A stretch of DNA of 47,816 nt, taken from positions 1 to 47,816 of the IMG/VR virus record IMGVR_UViG_3300050154_000050; one strand, given 5' to 3'. How positions within the stretch are numbered: the first letter of the stretch is position 1; each line of letters starts with the position of its first letter. The notes below the pieces were generated by a model that worked only from the letters and a program-made list of their open reading frames with translations, searched no databases and was not told where the DNA came from. Source of the stretch: a virus. Positions 18,172 through 26,308 of this stretch are shown in pieces. Made by a program: the position numbers and the translations under genes.

Positions 18172-18373
18172 CAGCTACGCGATAATCTTTACCAACGAAG
18201 AAAAGGGACGTGTTGGTATTGGTGTATTATGTATAGAAGGTGAGCTTGATAAAGAATCTCCAGCGTATAAACAATGCATTTTGTGTGCAGAGCTTTATCG
18301 TGAGCATTTAGATAAAAAAGAAATTCCGGTTTACTGCGAAGAAAATACATTAACCAAAGAATACAAACATTAA
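18164..18373 (+). CDS. Hypothetical protein
   Basis: 69-aa track ORF; 8-nt overlap with the upstream gene. Confidence 0.5.
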   Translation: MNNSYAIIFTNEEKGRVGIGVLCIEGELDKESPAYKQCILCAELYREHLDKKEIPVYCEENTLTKEYKH

Positions 18374-18383
18374 GGAATAAAAA

Positions 18384-18572
18384 GTGAAACAAGAGCAAAT
18401 CAGTGATGAAGAATTGGCGTTTTGCGAAGAAACATTGAAAGCGTACACCAATAAATGCGAATGCAAAAATCTCGATGATGTACATTGGAAGCTGCGATGT
18501 TTACTGTCAATGACGTGTGAAATGCTTGAATCAATCGAGCAGGGTCGTACAGAAGAAATAAAACAACACTAA
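18384..18572 (+). CDS. Hypothetical protein (GTG start)
   Basis: 62-aa track ORF, co-oriented with its neighbours. Confidence 0.45.
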   Translation: MKQEQISDEELAFCEETLKAYTNKCECKNLDDVHWKLRCLLSMTCEMLESIEQGRTEEIKQH

Positions 18573-18581
18573 GGAGTAACC

Positions 18582-18860
18582 ATGCTTCAACTAACAGAAA
18601 ACCAACAATTAAACGACTACACAACGCTAGCGCTTACATCGGCTCCAACTTTCAACACAGTGCAAACTGACGGAGTAGTGCAGATGACTATCACTGCTGT
18701 AGATGTCGGCGCGTACCTATCTAGCCTAGTTAGCACCGGGAAACCAGTCATCATGACTAACGGTGCTATTAAGGTGGCCGTGACGGGTAATATCGATGGA
18801 TGCGTTGTTAATGGGCAACTGGTGCAAACGGTTGCTGAAATCACAAATAGCGAGGCTTAA
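18582..18860 (+). CDS. Hypothetical protein
   Basis: 92-aa track ORF behind AAGGAG. Confidence 0.5.
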   Translation: MLQLTENQQLNDYTTLALTSAPTFNTVQTDGVVQMTITAVDVGAYLSSLVSTGKPVIMTNGAIKVAVTGNIDGCVVNGQLVQTVAEITNSEA

Positions 18861-18862
18861 AA

Positions 18863-19150
18863 ATGAGTAAATGCGCGGAACACTTAAACAACCTACTTGG
18901 AAAGCACGCAGTAGATGTTGTAACTGGTTTTACTGGCGTTGTAAGCACCGTATCATTTGATTTGTATGGCTGCATTCAGGCTGTACTAACTCCTGCCGTT
19001 GATGAAAAAGGTGAAATGAAAGAGGGCCGATGGTTCGACATTAACCGCCTTAGTTTGCAATCTGAATGTCCAGTTATGCAAATTCCGGATTTTATTTCTG
19101 GTGATATTGCTGATGGCAATCACGGGCCAGCTGAAAAGCCTAAAATGTAA
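18863..19150 (+). CDS. Hypothetical protein
   Basis: 95-aa track ORF; last gene before terminator 19170-19193. Confidence 0.5.
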   Translation: MSKCAEHLNNLLGKHAVDVVTGFTGVVSTVSFDLYGCIQAVLTPAVDEKGEMKEGRWFDINRLSLQSECPVMQIPDFISGDIADGNHGPAEKPKM

Positions 19151-19169
19151 AGAATCTGTTCAGGGTTTT

Positions 19170-19193
19170 GCCTCGCAATTGCGGGGCTTTTTT
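19170..19193 (+). terminator. Intrinsic terminator
   Basis: GCCTCGC-aatt-GCGGGGC followed by TTTTTT. Confidence 0.75.
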
Positions 19194-19219
19194 ATATGTA
19201 AAATATTTCACAAAATAGC

Positions 19220-19248
19220 TTGCACTCATACATAGTATATACTATTAT
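19220..19248 (+). promoter_or_regulatory. Sigma70-type promoter TTGCAC-17-TATTAT
   Basis: Hexamers at 19220-19225 and 19243-19248; 50 nt upstream of ATG 19298. Confidence 0.55.
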
Positions 19249-19297
19249 TAATTCATTGAAGCAGCACACATAAACGGCAACACTTAGGAGATACAAA

Positions 19298-19447
19298 ATG
19301 AAAGCAGTTAAAATTTACGACCAAGAAGACAACCGCACTGTTGGTATTTTTACAGACGGTAAAAAATTCACAGCTATGACATACAGCCAAAGCAAAGATT
19401 TCAAAACATTTAAAGCCGCTGACAAATGGTTGCAAAAATATCTATGA
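19298..19447 (+). CDS. Hypothetical 49-aa protein (below the track cutoff)
   Basis: GGAGATACAAA-ATG context; MKAVKIYDQEDNRTVGIFTDGKKFTAMTYSQSKDFKTFKAADKWLQKYL. Confidence 0.5.
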   Translation: MKAVKIYDQEDNRTVGIFTDGKKFTAMTYSQSKDFKTFKAADKWLQKYL

Positions 19448-19737
19448 ACAAACAAGACATTGAAAAGGCAAAAAGTGGTGCGCGGCTTGTAACAGATTAC
19501 GGAAAGCCTGCACGTGTTATATGTTGGGATGCTGATGGACAATATCCAGTGGTAGCTCTTATATATGAAATCGATACAGACTCTGAGAGAGTTGTCATGT
19601 TATCAAGTTCATTGAGAGCATATCTTGATGAAAATGAAAGTTTTGACGATCTTCATCTTTTTGATTCATACCCACATGGCGCTACTCATATTGAAGTCCA
19701 TGTTAGATCAAACATTCCTAGATGGTGCAGGAAATGA
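19444..19737 (+). CDS. Hypothetical protein
   Basis: Track ORF 19426..19737 trimmed to the ATGA-coupled ATG 19444. Confidence 0.5.
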   Translation: MNKQDIEKAKSGARLVTDYGKPARVICWDADGQYPVVALIYEIDTDSERVVMLSSSLRAYLDENESFDDLHLFDSYPHGATHIEVHVRSNIPRWCRK

Positions 19738-19904
19738 CCAAACAAACCCCGCAACAACGCCAAAACGAGAAACGCCGTGAACTGCCACGTCTTTCTCCAA
19801 TGTACTTGTCAGCATTGGCGATGGTAAGGCTGGAAGAGCTTGCGCAAATACACGGTAGCAAAAAGGCAGCATTGGAGTACTTGCTACTTAATAGCCGCAC
19901 TTAG
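19734..19904 (+). CDS. Small basic protein, possible ribbon-helix-helix DNA binder
   Basis: Track ORF 19722..19904 trimmed to the ATGA-coupled ATG 19734; basic N-terminus QQRQNEKRRELPR followed by helices. Confidence 0.4.
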   Translation: MTKQTPQQRQNEKRRELPRLSPMYLSALAMVRLEELAQIHGSKKAALEYLLLNSRT

Positions 19905-19913
19905 CGGCTTTTT
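19893..19913 (+). terminator. Intrinsic terminator immediately before the terminase genes
   Basis: AGCCGC-actta-GCGGCT followed by TTTTT; overlaps the stop codon. Confidence 0.7.
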
Positions 19914-19939
19914 CATTTAACGACACAACACCGATAAAC

Positions 19940-19948
19940 TGGTACAAT
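19940..19948 (+). promoter_or_regulatory. Extended -10 promoter TGgTACAAT for terS-terL
   Basis: TG at 19940-19941 and TACAAT at 19943-19948; 25 nt upstream of ATG 19973. Confidence 0.45.
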
Positions 19949-19972
19949 TGAGTTTATTTTTAGGAGGTTTTT

Positions 19973-20458
19973 ATGGCTGAATCGTTGTGGCAGATAGCAG
20001 CCAAGAAGATGGGCAGGCCTAGACGGTATTCAAGCCCAGATGAGCTATGGAGTGATGCGCTGGCGTATTTCATGTGGGCAGAAGAAAACCCGCTATACGA
20101 AGAAAAGGCTTTTGCATTTCAGGGTGTGGTGACTAAAGAATCACTATGTAAGTTACGCGCATTTACTCTTGATGGGTTCCTTTTGCATTCTGGACTAGCT
20201 GAGTCAACGTGGTATGACTACAAGAAAAAGGGTGATTATTCGGGGGTCATTAGTTTAATTGAAAAGTCAATACGCGAACAGAAATTTACTGGGGCTGCTG
20301 CTGACCTGCTTAATCCAAATATTATCGCACGTGACCTTGGACTGAAAGACTCAACTAGCAACGAACACACTGGCGCAAATGGTGGGCCAATCGAGCACAA
20401 AGTAGAAGTATCTGCCGCAGACAAATTCGCTGAGATTCTGAATGGCCTTAAAGATTAG
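19973..20458 (+). CDS. terS: Terminase small subunit
   Basis: N-terminal MGRPRRYSSPDELWSDALAYFMW is typical of phage small terminases; overlaps terL. Confidence 0.75.
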   Translation: MAESLWQIAAKKMGRPRRYSSPDELWSDALAYFMWAEENPLYEEKAFAFQGVVTKESLCKLRAFTLDGFLLHSGLAESTWYDYKKKGDYSGVISLIEKSIREQKFTGAAADLLNPNIIARDLGLKDSTSNEHTGANGGPIEHKVEVSAADKFAEILNGLKD

Positions 20459-21791
20459 TTCGGCCCCCACTCTTGCTGGTATAGAGGCTGTCAGGAAGTT
20501 TATTCATGCTAACCCGCGCATTGCACGTGAGGCTATTGCGCGTATGTTTTCTGATAGCGAGAAAGACAAGAACGACCTGTTGCACGACTTCAAGTTGTGG
20601 GCCCGTCCAGAGCAGATTGTGGACATCCCTAGCGATATGGATACGCTATTACTGCTGTGTGGTCGTGGGTTCGGCAAAACGTGGTACGTTAGCAACAAAG
20701 CGATAGACCTTGCGCTATCAGAGTCTAATTCACGGATAGCACTATGGGCTGCTGATTATGGGTCGCTAAAGAAGGTTAACTTCCTTGGTGAGTCGGGAAT
20801 CATCTCGCAAATAAACCCCAATCTTGAATATGAGTTCAACAAATCCGACTTGATTCTAAAGTTCGCAAACGGCAGCCAAATCACCGGGTATTCTTGCGAG
20901 GCTTTGGAGCGTTCGCGCGGTAGCCAGTCGAGCCACTCAGTGGTTGATGAGTTGGCCGCATGGCAGTATGCAGAAGAAGGGCTGGAGGCGGCAAAGCTAA
21001 TCAACCGCCTTGGTAAAAACCCACTGATGTATATCGCAACAACCCCACGACCTACTGCCATCATCAAATCGTTGTGCGCTAATCCATACGTCTACACGGT
21101 GAAAGGTACAACGCACGACAACTATTTCCTAACACCTAAATATGCAGAGTCACTCAAGCGCGAACTGACAGACCGCATGTTCCGGCAGGAGTGCCTAGCT
21201 GAGATACTGGACGATAACCCGTATGCATTATGGCGCATGACAGACATTGAGTCGTGTCGTATGCACAATGTTCCGCAACTACGCCGTATTGTTGTTGGCG
21301 TTGACCCAGCAGTGAGCAGCAACGAGCTATCAGATGAAACTGGTATCGTTGTTTGCGGAATTGGCTATGATGACCGAGTTTATATTCTTGATGATTGTAG
21401 TGTCACCAGTGCCACTCCTGACCAATGGGCGCAAGCCGTTGTAGACGCTTACAATAAATGGGAAGCTGATGCGGTTATTGCTGAGGTTAACCAAGGCGGT
21501 GATATGGTTGAAACGGTTATCCTGCAAAAGTCACGCAACCTGCGAGTTATCAAGGTTAGGGCGACAAAAGGGAAGGAAGTTAGGGCTGAGCCAGTGGCAG
21601 CTATCTATGAGCGCCGTGAGTGTTCGCACGTTGGCCGATTCGATAAGCTAGAACAGCAGATGACAGAGTGGGACCCGGTTAATAGCAAGAAATCACCAGA
21701 TAGAATGGATGCTTTAGTATGGGCCGTGAGTGAATTGACAGGCATATGTCAGGAAAGTTTCGGCGCATTCCGTCCATCTGGAAGAAGATAG
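20442..21791 (+). CDS. terL: Terminase large subunit
   Basis: Walker A CGRGFGKTW, Walker B SVVDE, C-terminal nuclease-like acidic motifs (VGVDPA). Confidence 0.85.
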   Translation: MALKISSAPTLAGIEAVRKFIHANPRIAREAIARMFSDSEKDKNDLLHDFKLWARPEQIVDIPSDMDTLLLLCGRGFGKTWYVSNKAIDLALSESNSRIALWAADYGSLKKVNFLGESGIISQINPNLEYEFNKSDLILKFANGSQITGYSCEALERSRGSQSSHSVVDELAAWQYAEEGLEAAKLINRLGKNPLMYIATTPRPTAIIKSLCANPYVYTVKGTTHDNYFLTPKYAESLKRELTDRMFRQECLAEILDDNPYALWRMTDIESCRMHNVPQLRRIVVGVDPAVSSNELSDETGIVVCGIGYDDRVYILDDCSVTSATPDQWAQAVVDAYNKWEADAVIAEVNQGGDMVETVILQKSRNLRVIKVRATKGKEVRAEPVAAIYERRECSHVGRFDKLEQQMTEWDPVNSKKSPDRMDALVWAVSELTGICQESFGAFRPSGRR

Positions 21792-21810
21792 CCGCTAAAT
21801 AGCGGCTTTT
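21790..21810. terminator. Shared bidirectional hairpin between terL and antisense cassette A
   Basis: AGCCGCT-aaat-AGCGGCT followed by TTTT. Confidence 0.7.
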
Positions 21811-21977
21811 GCATTTCTCCAAACTTCCCAGTCGTGTTCGAGATAGCACTTTGCCTTACCTTGGTATGTTGCGTAGTGAACTGAGTCACTACGATGCTTT
21901 GACAGTTCAATATTGAATAATTTATGTTTTGCTGCAAACCATAGCTCGAATTTGTCGCGTTCTGAATACATAATCAA
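21795..21977 (-). CDS. Hypothetical protein (cassette A)
   Basis: 60-aa track ORF; 4-nt overlap with the upstream gene. Confidence 0.5.
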   Translation of the reverse strand: MIMYSERDKFELWFAAKHKLFNIELSKHRSDSVHYATYQGKAKCYLEHDWEVWRNAKAAI

Positions 21978-22252
21978 TCCCCCACAAACTCACCAGATTC
22001 TTTACCTGCATACGGACTGACATCGCCAGTGTGGCGCTTGGCTTTGTTTTCTTCCCATAGCTTCGTGTAAAAATCGTTATCGCGCTTTTCTCGCTGACTA
22101 CGCTCAAGCAATACCGCTGCTTTGCGTTGTCGGCAAGCTTCTTGGTATTTGTCTGTGAACAGTTCGCCTGATTTTATGGAAGCAATGACATCTTGTTTTG
22201 ACGGCATATTAATTACCCATCCTTGGCATTTTACCTGACGGAGTGCGCTCAC
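21974..22252 (-). CDS. Hypothetical protein (cassette A; likely start ATG 22207)
   Basis: Track ORF; the internal ATG follows TAAT after the upstream stop. Confidence 0.5.
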   Translation of the reverse strand: MSALRQVKCQGWVINMPSKQDVIASIKSGELFTDKYQEACRQRKAAVLLERSQREKRDNDFYTKLWEENKAKRHTGDVSPYAGKESGEFVGD

Positions 22253-22355
22253 ATTTCATGCACCACTCGTTCCAATACGCTTGCCCTACGCGGAAATATT
22301 CTGCTTCCTTTATTTCACGGCAGCGCATACATTGTTTCATACCTTTTTTAATCAT
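22209..22355 (-). CDS. 48-aa zinc-ribbon-like protein (cassette A; below the track cutoff)
   Basis: MIKKGMKQCMRCREIKEAEYFRVGQAYWNEWCMKCERTPSGKMPRMGN with CxxC...CxxC; TGATG coupling to the upstream ORF. Confidence 0.45.
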   Translation of the reverse strand: MIKKGMKQCMRCREIKEAEYFRVGQAYWNEWCMKCERTPSGKMPRMGN

Positions 22356-22528
22356 CACTTAACCTCCTGAATAATAACCCTGTCGCCTTGTGAGTTTTTC
22401 ATGATTGTGACGTTGTGGCATTGTAGTGCCACATCATAATTATTCAGCCCGTTTAATTTATCTCTGAACGTGCTAATTCCGAAGCCGTATTCAATGCCAT
22501 AACGATTAATGAATGTTCGCTTGTACAT
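22355..22528 (-). CDS. Hypothetical 57-aa protein (cassette A; below the track cutoff)
   Basis: ATG 22528 two nt after the upstream stop; MYKRTFINRYGIEYGFGISTFRDKLNG... Confidence 0.45.
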   Translation of the reverse strand: MYKRTFINRYGIEYGFGISTFRDKLNGLNNYDVALQCHNVTIMKNSQGDRVIIQEVK

Positions 22529-22530
22529 AA

Positions 22531-22815
22531 CTATTTAACTCCACATTCAGATTCAACAATCTTAATCAACCGATGGATATAAGCCAACGGCAACGCCTGC
22601 GACATTGCACCTACTAGAATCTTTCTAGTTCGCTCACCTTGAAAGCGTTTAAGCATGTGACCACAAGCTTTGCGCACTGCTGTGTTAGGCTTATCAGCGT
22701 TAAGTTCAGCAGCCATCAGGCAGGTTAGCAGCATGGATCGGAATTCCTCCGATTCTATGCGCTTCATTTCTGGTGTATCAGAGGCGTAGGTGATTGGTAG
22801 TGCAAGATTTACCAT
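22531..22815 (-). CDS. Hypothetical protein (first gene of cassette A)
   Basis: 94-aa track ORF; GGAGATACAAC-ATG; 15 nt downstream of a motif copy. Confidence 0.55.
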   Translation of the reverse strand: MVNLALPITYASDTPEMKRIESEEFRSMLLTCLMAAELNADKPNTAVRKACGHMLKRFQGERTRKILVGAMSQALPLAYIHRLIKIVESECGVK

Positions 22816-22830
22816 GTTGTATCTCCATCT

Positions 22831-22844
22831 ATTTAACTATTACA
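22831..22844 (-). promoter_or_regulatory. 14-bp motif TGTAATAGTTAAAT (perfect copy), pointing into cassette A
   Basis: Plus strand ATTTAACTATTACA; 15 nt (agatGGAGatacaac) to the ATG. Confidence 0.6.
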
Positions 22845-22915
22845 TACATAGTATAGCCACTATTCACACCATGCAAGCCATATCACCACTAAAATGCTAA
22901 AATAAATCATTCCAC

Positions 22916-24340
22916 ATGGGAGCAAGAAAGATGGACAAAGAGATTATCGTCAACCGCGCAAAGCAAATGCTGGCGGCAAACGCGCAACAATACACGCGCG
23001 CAACATTACCCGGGTGGCTGCCCGGGCAAGACAATAAACATGACAGGCTATATAAAGTGTTTGGGTTGCCTGAGCAGCTAACATTCCAAGCCAAGAAAAA
23101 CCTGTATGACCGCAATGGTTTCGTTAAAGGCGCGATTGATAAGCTGTGCGGTAAAGTATGGCAGGATAGCCCTGAGATTGTTGAAGGAAGCGGAGAAGAG
23201 GCGAAAGACCGCAAAGAAACGCCAACAGAGAAAGAATTTGCAGCATTCGCTAAGCGTACAAAGTTATGGCGATGTTTCTCTATGGCCGATAAGTACCGCA
23301 TGGTTGGCAACTACTCAGCGCTTATCTTGCGAATCGCGGATGGTAAAGATTGGTCGCTGCCAGTTGACGGTTTAACGCCTGACAAGATTGTCGGATTCTA
23401 CCCTGTATGGGAAGACCAACTGAAAGTTAGCTCGACCGATACGGACCGCATGAGCGATACCTACGGAGAGCCATTACTGTGGACTTATCATGAAACAATC
23501 AACTTTGACCAATCGATGAATACCCGCGTCAAGCCGGTAGACATCACCATTCACCGGGACCGTATTTTTTATCTTGGTGATGTATTCACAGATGGGTTGT
23601 CGTCGGAAGGCGGGAACAACATGCTGGCATCGGCTTACAACTCTGCTTTCGCGCTATTCAAGCTAAATCAATCCGGCGCTGAGGGTTTCGCTAAAAACTC
23701 TATGCGGCAGATTCATGCAAACTTCGATAAAGACGCAAAAATAAGAGAAATAGAAAGAGACCTAAAACTCAATCCAAATGAAAGTCTAGCAGATTACTTT
23801 CAGGGGATGGGGGAGGACTTAAACAAATACCTAGATGCATTCGTAGTCACGCAAGGTGTAGACATGACGGCTTTGTCAGTGTCCATGCCGGCCATTGCCG
23901 AGTTCGCGCAATGGAACATGAACGAGTTCTGCGCGGCACTTGGCGGCATTCCATCTACTGAGCTAACCGGAACGCTAACAGGCGATAGAGCAAGCACTGA
24001 GAATGGCAAGGTAATGGCAATGCTTGCGGATGGGCGGCGCAACCAAGTGCTGAATAATGACATCTTGGATTTTGTCGCATTCTTGCAAGGCCTAGGCTGC
24101 TGGACTGGTAAAGAGTTCGACACTTCATGGCCTGACTTATTGGTTCCGTCACCACTTGAAAAGGTGCAGCTCGCTATCGCTATGGCAGATGCTAACAGTA
24201 AATCGTTAACAGGTGCAGGACTGCTGTTTGATGCCAATGAAATGCGCGTCGCTGGTGGATATGAGCCGGATGCAGATACTGACCTGCAAAAAGAAGTAGA
24301 CGGAATGATTAAAGAGGACGCTATTGACGCGGTGAAGTAA
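22916..24340 (+). CDS. Portal protein (start possibly ATG 22931 behind GGAG)
   Basis: 474-aa ORF following the terminase block; DUF1073-type portal-like composition; call rests on synteny. Confidence 0.7.
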   Translation: MGARKMDKEIIVNRAKQMLAANAQQYTRATLPGWLPGQDNKHDRLYKVFGLPEQLTFQAKKNLYDRNGFVKGAIDKLCGKVWQDSPEIVEGSGEEAKDRKETPTEKEFAAFAKRTKLWRCFSMADKYRMVGNYSALILRIADGKDWSLPVDGLTPDKIVGFYPVWEDQLKVSSTDTDRMSDTYGEPLLWTYHETINFDQSMNTRVKPVDITIHRDRIFYLGDVFTDGLSSEGGNNMLASAYNSAFALFKLNQSGAEGFAKNSMRQIHANFDKDAKIREIERDLKLNPNESLADYFQGMGEDLNKYLDAFVVTQGVDMTALSVSMPAIAEFAQWNMNEFCAALGGIPSTELTGTLTGDRASTENGKVMAMLADGRRNQVLNNDILDFVAFLQGLGCWTGKEFDTSWPDLLVPSPLEKVQLAIAMADANSKSLTGAGLLFDANEMRVAGGYEPDADTDLQKEVDGMIKEDAIDAVK

Positions 24341-24346
24341 AGGTAA

Positions 24347-24364
24347 AGCCCCAAGGATGGGGCT
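24347..24364. terminator. Shared hairpin between the portal gene and antisense cassette B (weak U-tract)
   Basis: AGCCCC-aaggat-GGGGCT. Confidence 0.45.
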
Positions 24365-24593
24365 AGTCTGCGATGAAGTATTGCGCTTTTTGTGATACTA
24401 GAAAATCGCGAGCAAATTCAATAGGCATTCTCGCTTTGTATTCGCAGTCATAGTCGGGGTTGTTTTTACTTATCACGTAAATAACTGTCGGTTCCATTCT
24501 GTTTATTTCATAAACGACAGAGTTTATGCTTTCATTTTTTTGATAAACCGCCACAAACTGCCCGCAAGTTGGCATTCCTGAGACTTGTTTCAT
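24363..24593 (-). CDS. Hypothetical protein (cassette B)
   Basis: 76-aa track ORF; 4-nt overlap with the upstream gene. Confidence 0.5.
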   Translation of the reverse strand: MKQVSGMPTCGQFVAVYQKNESINSVVYEINRMEPTVIYVISKNNPDYDCEYKARMPIEFARDFLVSQKAQYFIAD

Positions 24594-24916
24594 TCTTCCA
24601 CCTTATATCCTGCTGATGTGATTGCTTCCTTGCATTCATTATAGGATTCTGAATACCCGGTATCGTAATCTCCATCTACAATTACCAACTTATGAGGTAA
24701 CTTAATCGCCTTCATGCTTTCGCGTGATGCTTTCCATCCCATCCATGCGGAATCAACCCAAGACATTTTGTAATATCCAGACGCATTTTGAAGCAGAACT
24801 TTGTTTTTACAATGATAATTAATTTCATCGCAGTAGCTAACCAACCACGCCTCAAACTCCTCTCTACATTTGTCCATTTTTAATAACCTCGCAATCAACA
24901 ATAATAAAACCATCAT
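24590..24916 (-). CDS. Hypothetical protein (cassette B; likely start ATG 24877)
   Basis: Track ORF; MDKCREEFEAWLV... begins behind GAGG. Confidence 0.5.
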   Translation of the reverse strand: MMVLLLLIARLLKMDKCREEFEAWLVSYCDEINYHCKNKVLLQNASGYYKMSWVDSAWMGWKASRESMKAIKLPHKLVIVDGDYDTGYSESYNECKEAITSAGYKVEE

Positions 24917-25271
24917 ACTTAACTTCTTTTAGCGTGTGGTTTTTAATAAACATTGGTACACCAGCTGTCACGGATGGGTCTCCGTGACCAGCCGCCGATG
25001 TCTTGTCTGCCATGATGCAAATGTGCCATTCATCATTAATCTTGCATATGAAGTTACCGGTCAAATTAACCTTCTTGTCGTTTTTATCGCGCCACTCACC
25101 AGACGGCCACCAAGTGCTATGCCACTTAATTAGCATTTTTAACTCCTTCTTCATAACCTTTGCACCAACTTGTAACAACTTGTAACAACTACCGCCGTTA
25201 AAGCCATCATAACGGCGCAGTAAACCAGATAATATGTAATTGCTGTTGCTATCATTTGCGCATCCTATCAT
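24864..25271 (-). CDS. Hypothetical protein (cassette B; probable true start ATG 25136)
   Basis: AAGGAG lies 6 nt before ATG 25136; the 45 N-terminal codons of the track ORF span a 10-bp tandem repeat and look non-coding. Confidence 0.5.
   Translation of the reverse strand: MIGCANDSNSNYILSGLLRRYDGFNGGSCYKLLQVGAKVMKKELKMLIKWHSTWWPSGEWRDKNDKKVNLTGNFICKINDEWHICIMADKTSAAGHGDPSVTAGVPMFIKNHTLKEVKYDGFIIVDCEVIKNGQM
25166..25190. repeat. Tandem 10-bp repeat TGTAACAACT x2.4 carrying TTGTaACAA palindromes one helical turn apart
   Basis: 25171-25180 equals 25181-25190, with a partial unit at 25166-25170. Confidence 0.8.
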
Positions 25272-25280
25272 AAAAACCTG

Positions 25281-25294
25281 ATTTAACTATTACA
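25281..25294 (-). promoter_or_regulatory. 14-bp motif TGTAATAGTTAAAT (perfect copy), pointing into cassette B
   Basis: Plus strand ATTTAACTATTACA. Confidence 0.6.
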
Positions 25295-25315
25295 CAAAAA
25301 CACACTATCAACAAG

Positions 25316-25324
25316 TGATATAAT
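25316..25324 (+). promoter_or_regulatory. Extended -10 promoter TGaTATAAT for the head-morphogenesis gene
   Basis: TATAAT at 25319-25324, exactly 24 nt from the motif; followed by GAAAAAA, as at 46359. Confidence 0.5.
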
Positions 25325-26285
25325 GAAAAAAAGTTTTCAGGGCTACCAGATGGCAAACGTATCAATAAAAGACCCGACATTTCAAGCTGGCAGAATAGTA
25401 AAGGCGTATGGTGAATTTAAACGTAGGCTCACCCGCATCAAGAAAGAGGTTACTGCCGTTTATGAGTCACTAAAGCCTATCGAGACTGCATCGAATACGC
25501 GCTCATACTTTCTCAACGCAGAGAAGACCTATCTGTATGAAATCGACTTGAACGAAATCCTACGGCTGAATGAAACCATCGATGCGCTGATAGAAAAAAT
25601 CATGATGGATGATAATGACCAGCCTAAAGATAACTGGTTTTTTAGTGGGTACACTGAGGCCGCATACGAGCAAGGCACAGGCTACGCTCAAGCATTCATT
25701 AGCCAGCAGGCTGATAGTTATGCTCGGACATACCAAAACTTGCATCAGGTGTTGTTCAGTCAGCCATATCAACGTCGTATTGGTATTGTGTCAGCCCGAA
25801 CGTTTAACGAAATGCGCGGGTTTACCGATGACGTGACAAAGCAGGCGCGGTTCATTCTTGGTGAAACTATCGCGCGCGGGAAGTCGCCTAAGTGGGCAGT
25901 GTCTCAGCTATCGGAAGCCATCGATGGTGATAAGAAGCGCGCACTACGCATCGCGCGCACGGAAATGGGTGTATCATTCCGCTCTGCCGTCATGGATGAG
26001 TCAGCTCAGGCCGCGAGACAGTTTGAGCTGAAGATGAAGATGTTGTGGGTTAGCGCACTGATACCAGGTAGGACAAGAAAATCGCACGCTGAGCGGCATG
26101 GATTGCTATACACACAGAAAGAAGTTAATGACTTTTATGCAGTGGACGGGAATGCCATACACTGTTTGTGCTCAATTGTCCCCACTGTCGTCAACGAAAA
26201 AGGCGAGGCGCTCGCTAAAAACCTCATCGCTAAAATGCAGAAGCAGGAAGAAGCGTGGATTGCTAGCGGTGGCGGGGTTAAATAG
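25323..26285 (+). CDS. Head morphogenesis protein (SPP1 gp7 / Mu F-like); start may be ATG 25350
   Basis: C-terminal IARTEMGVSFR...HAERHG...HCLCS resembles the gp7/F family; ATG 25323 overlaps the predicted -10. Confidence 0.7.
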   Translation: MKKSFQGYQMANVSIKDPTFQAGRIVKAYGEFKRRLTRIKKEVTAVYESLKPIETASNTRSYFLNAEKTYLYEIDLNEILRLNETIDALIEKIMMDDNDQPKDNWFFSGYTEAAYEQGTGYAQAFISQQADSYARTYQNLHQVLFSQPYQRRIGIVSARTFNEMRGFTDDVTKQARFILGETIARGKSPKWAVSQLSEAIDGDKKRALRIARTEMGVSFRSAVMDESAQAARQFELKMKMLWVSALIPGRTRKSHAERHGLLYTQKEVNDFYAVDGNAIHCLCSIVPTVVNEKGEALAKNLIAKMQKQEEAWIASGGGVK

Positions 26286-26287
26286 AT

Positions 26288-26305
26288 AAGGCCCGCAAGG
26301 GCCTT
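26288..26305. terminator. Shared bidirectional hairpin between the head gene and antisense cassette C
   Basis: AAGGCCC-gcaa-GGGCCTT. Confidence 0.65.
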
Positions 26306-26308
26306 ACT

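Noticed and set aside
19285-19300. Repeated translation-initiation contexts: GGAGATACAA(A/C)ATG at 19287, 22815 and 41289; GGAGTAACACCATG at 16330 and 17019
   Set aside because: These are short SD-plus-spacer similarities, expected among genes of one phage. They give no evidence of function beyond ribosome binding.
22897-24354. Antisense ORFs opposite the portal gene (22897..23310, 23800..24354, 23955..24155) and + frame ORF 23106..23375
   Set aside because: These are shadow ORFs within the portal CDS. Their Ser/Pro/Ala-rich low-complexity translations show no start context.
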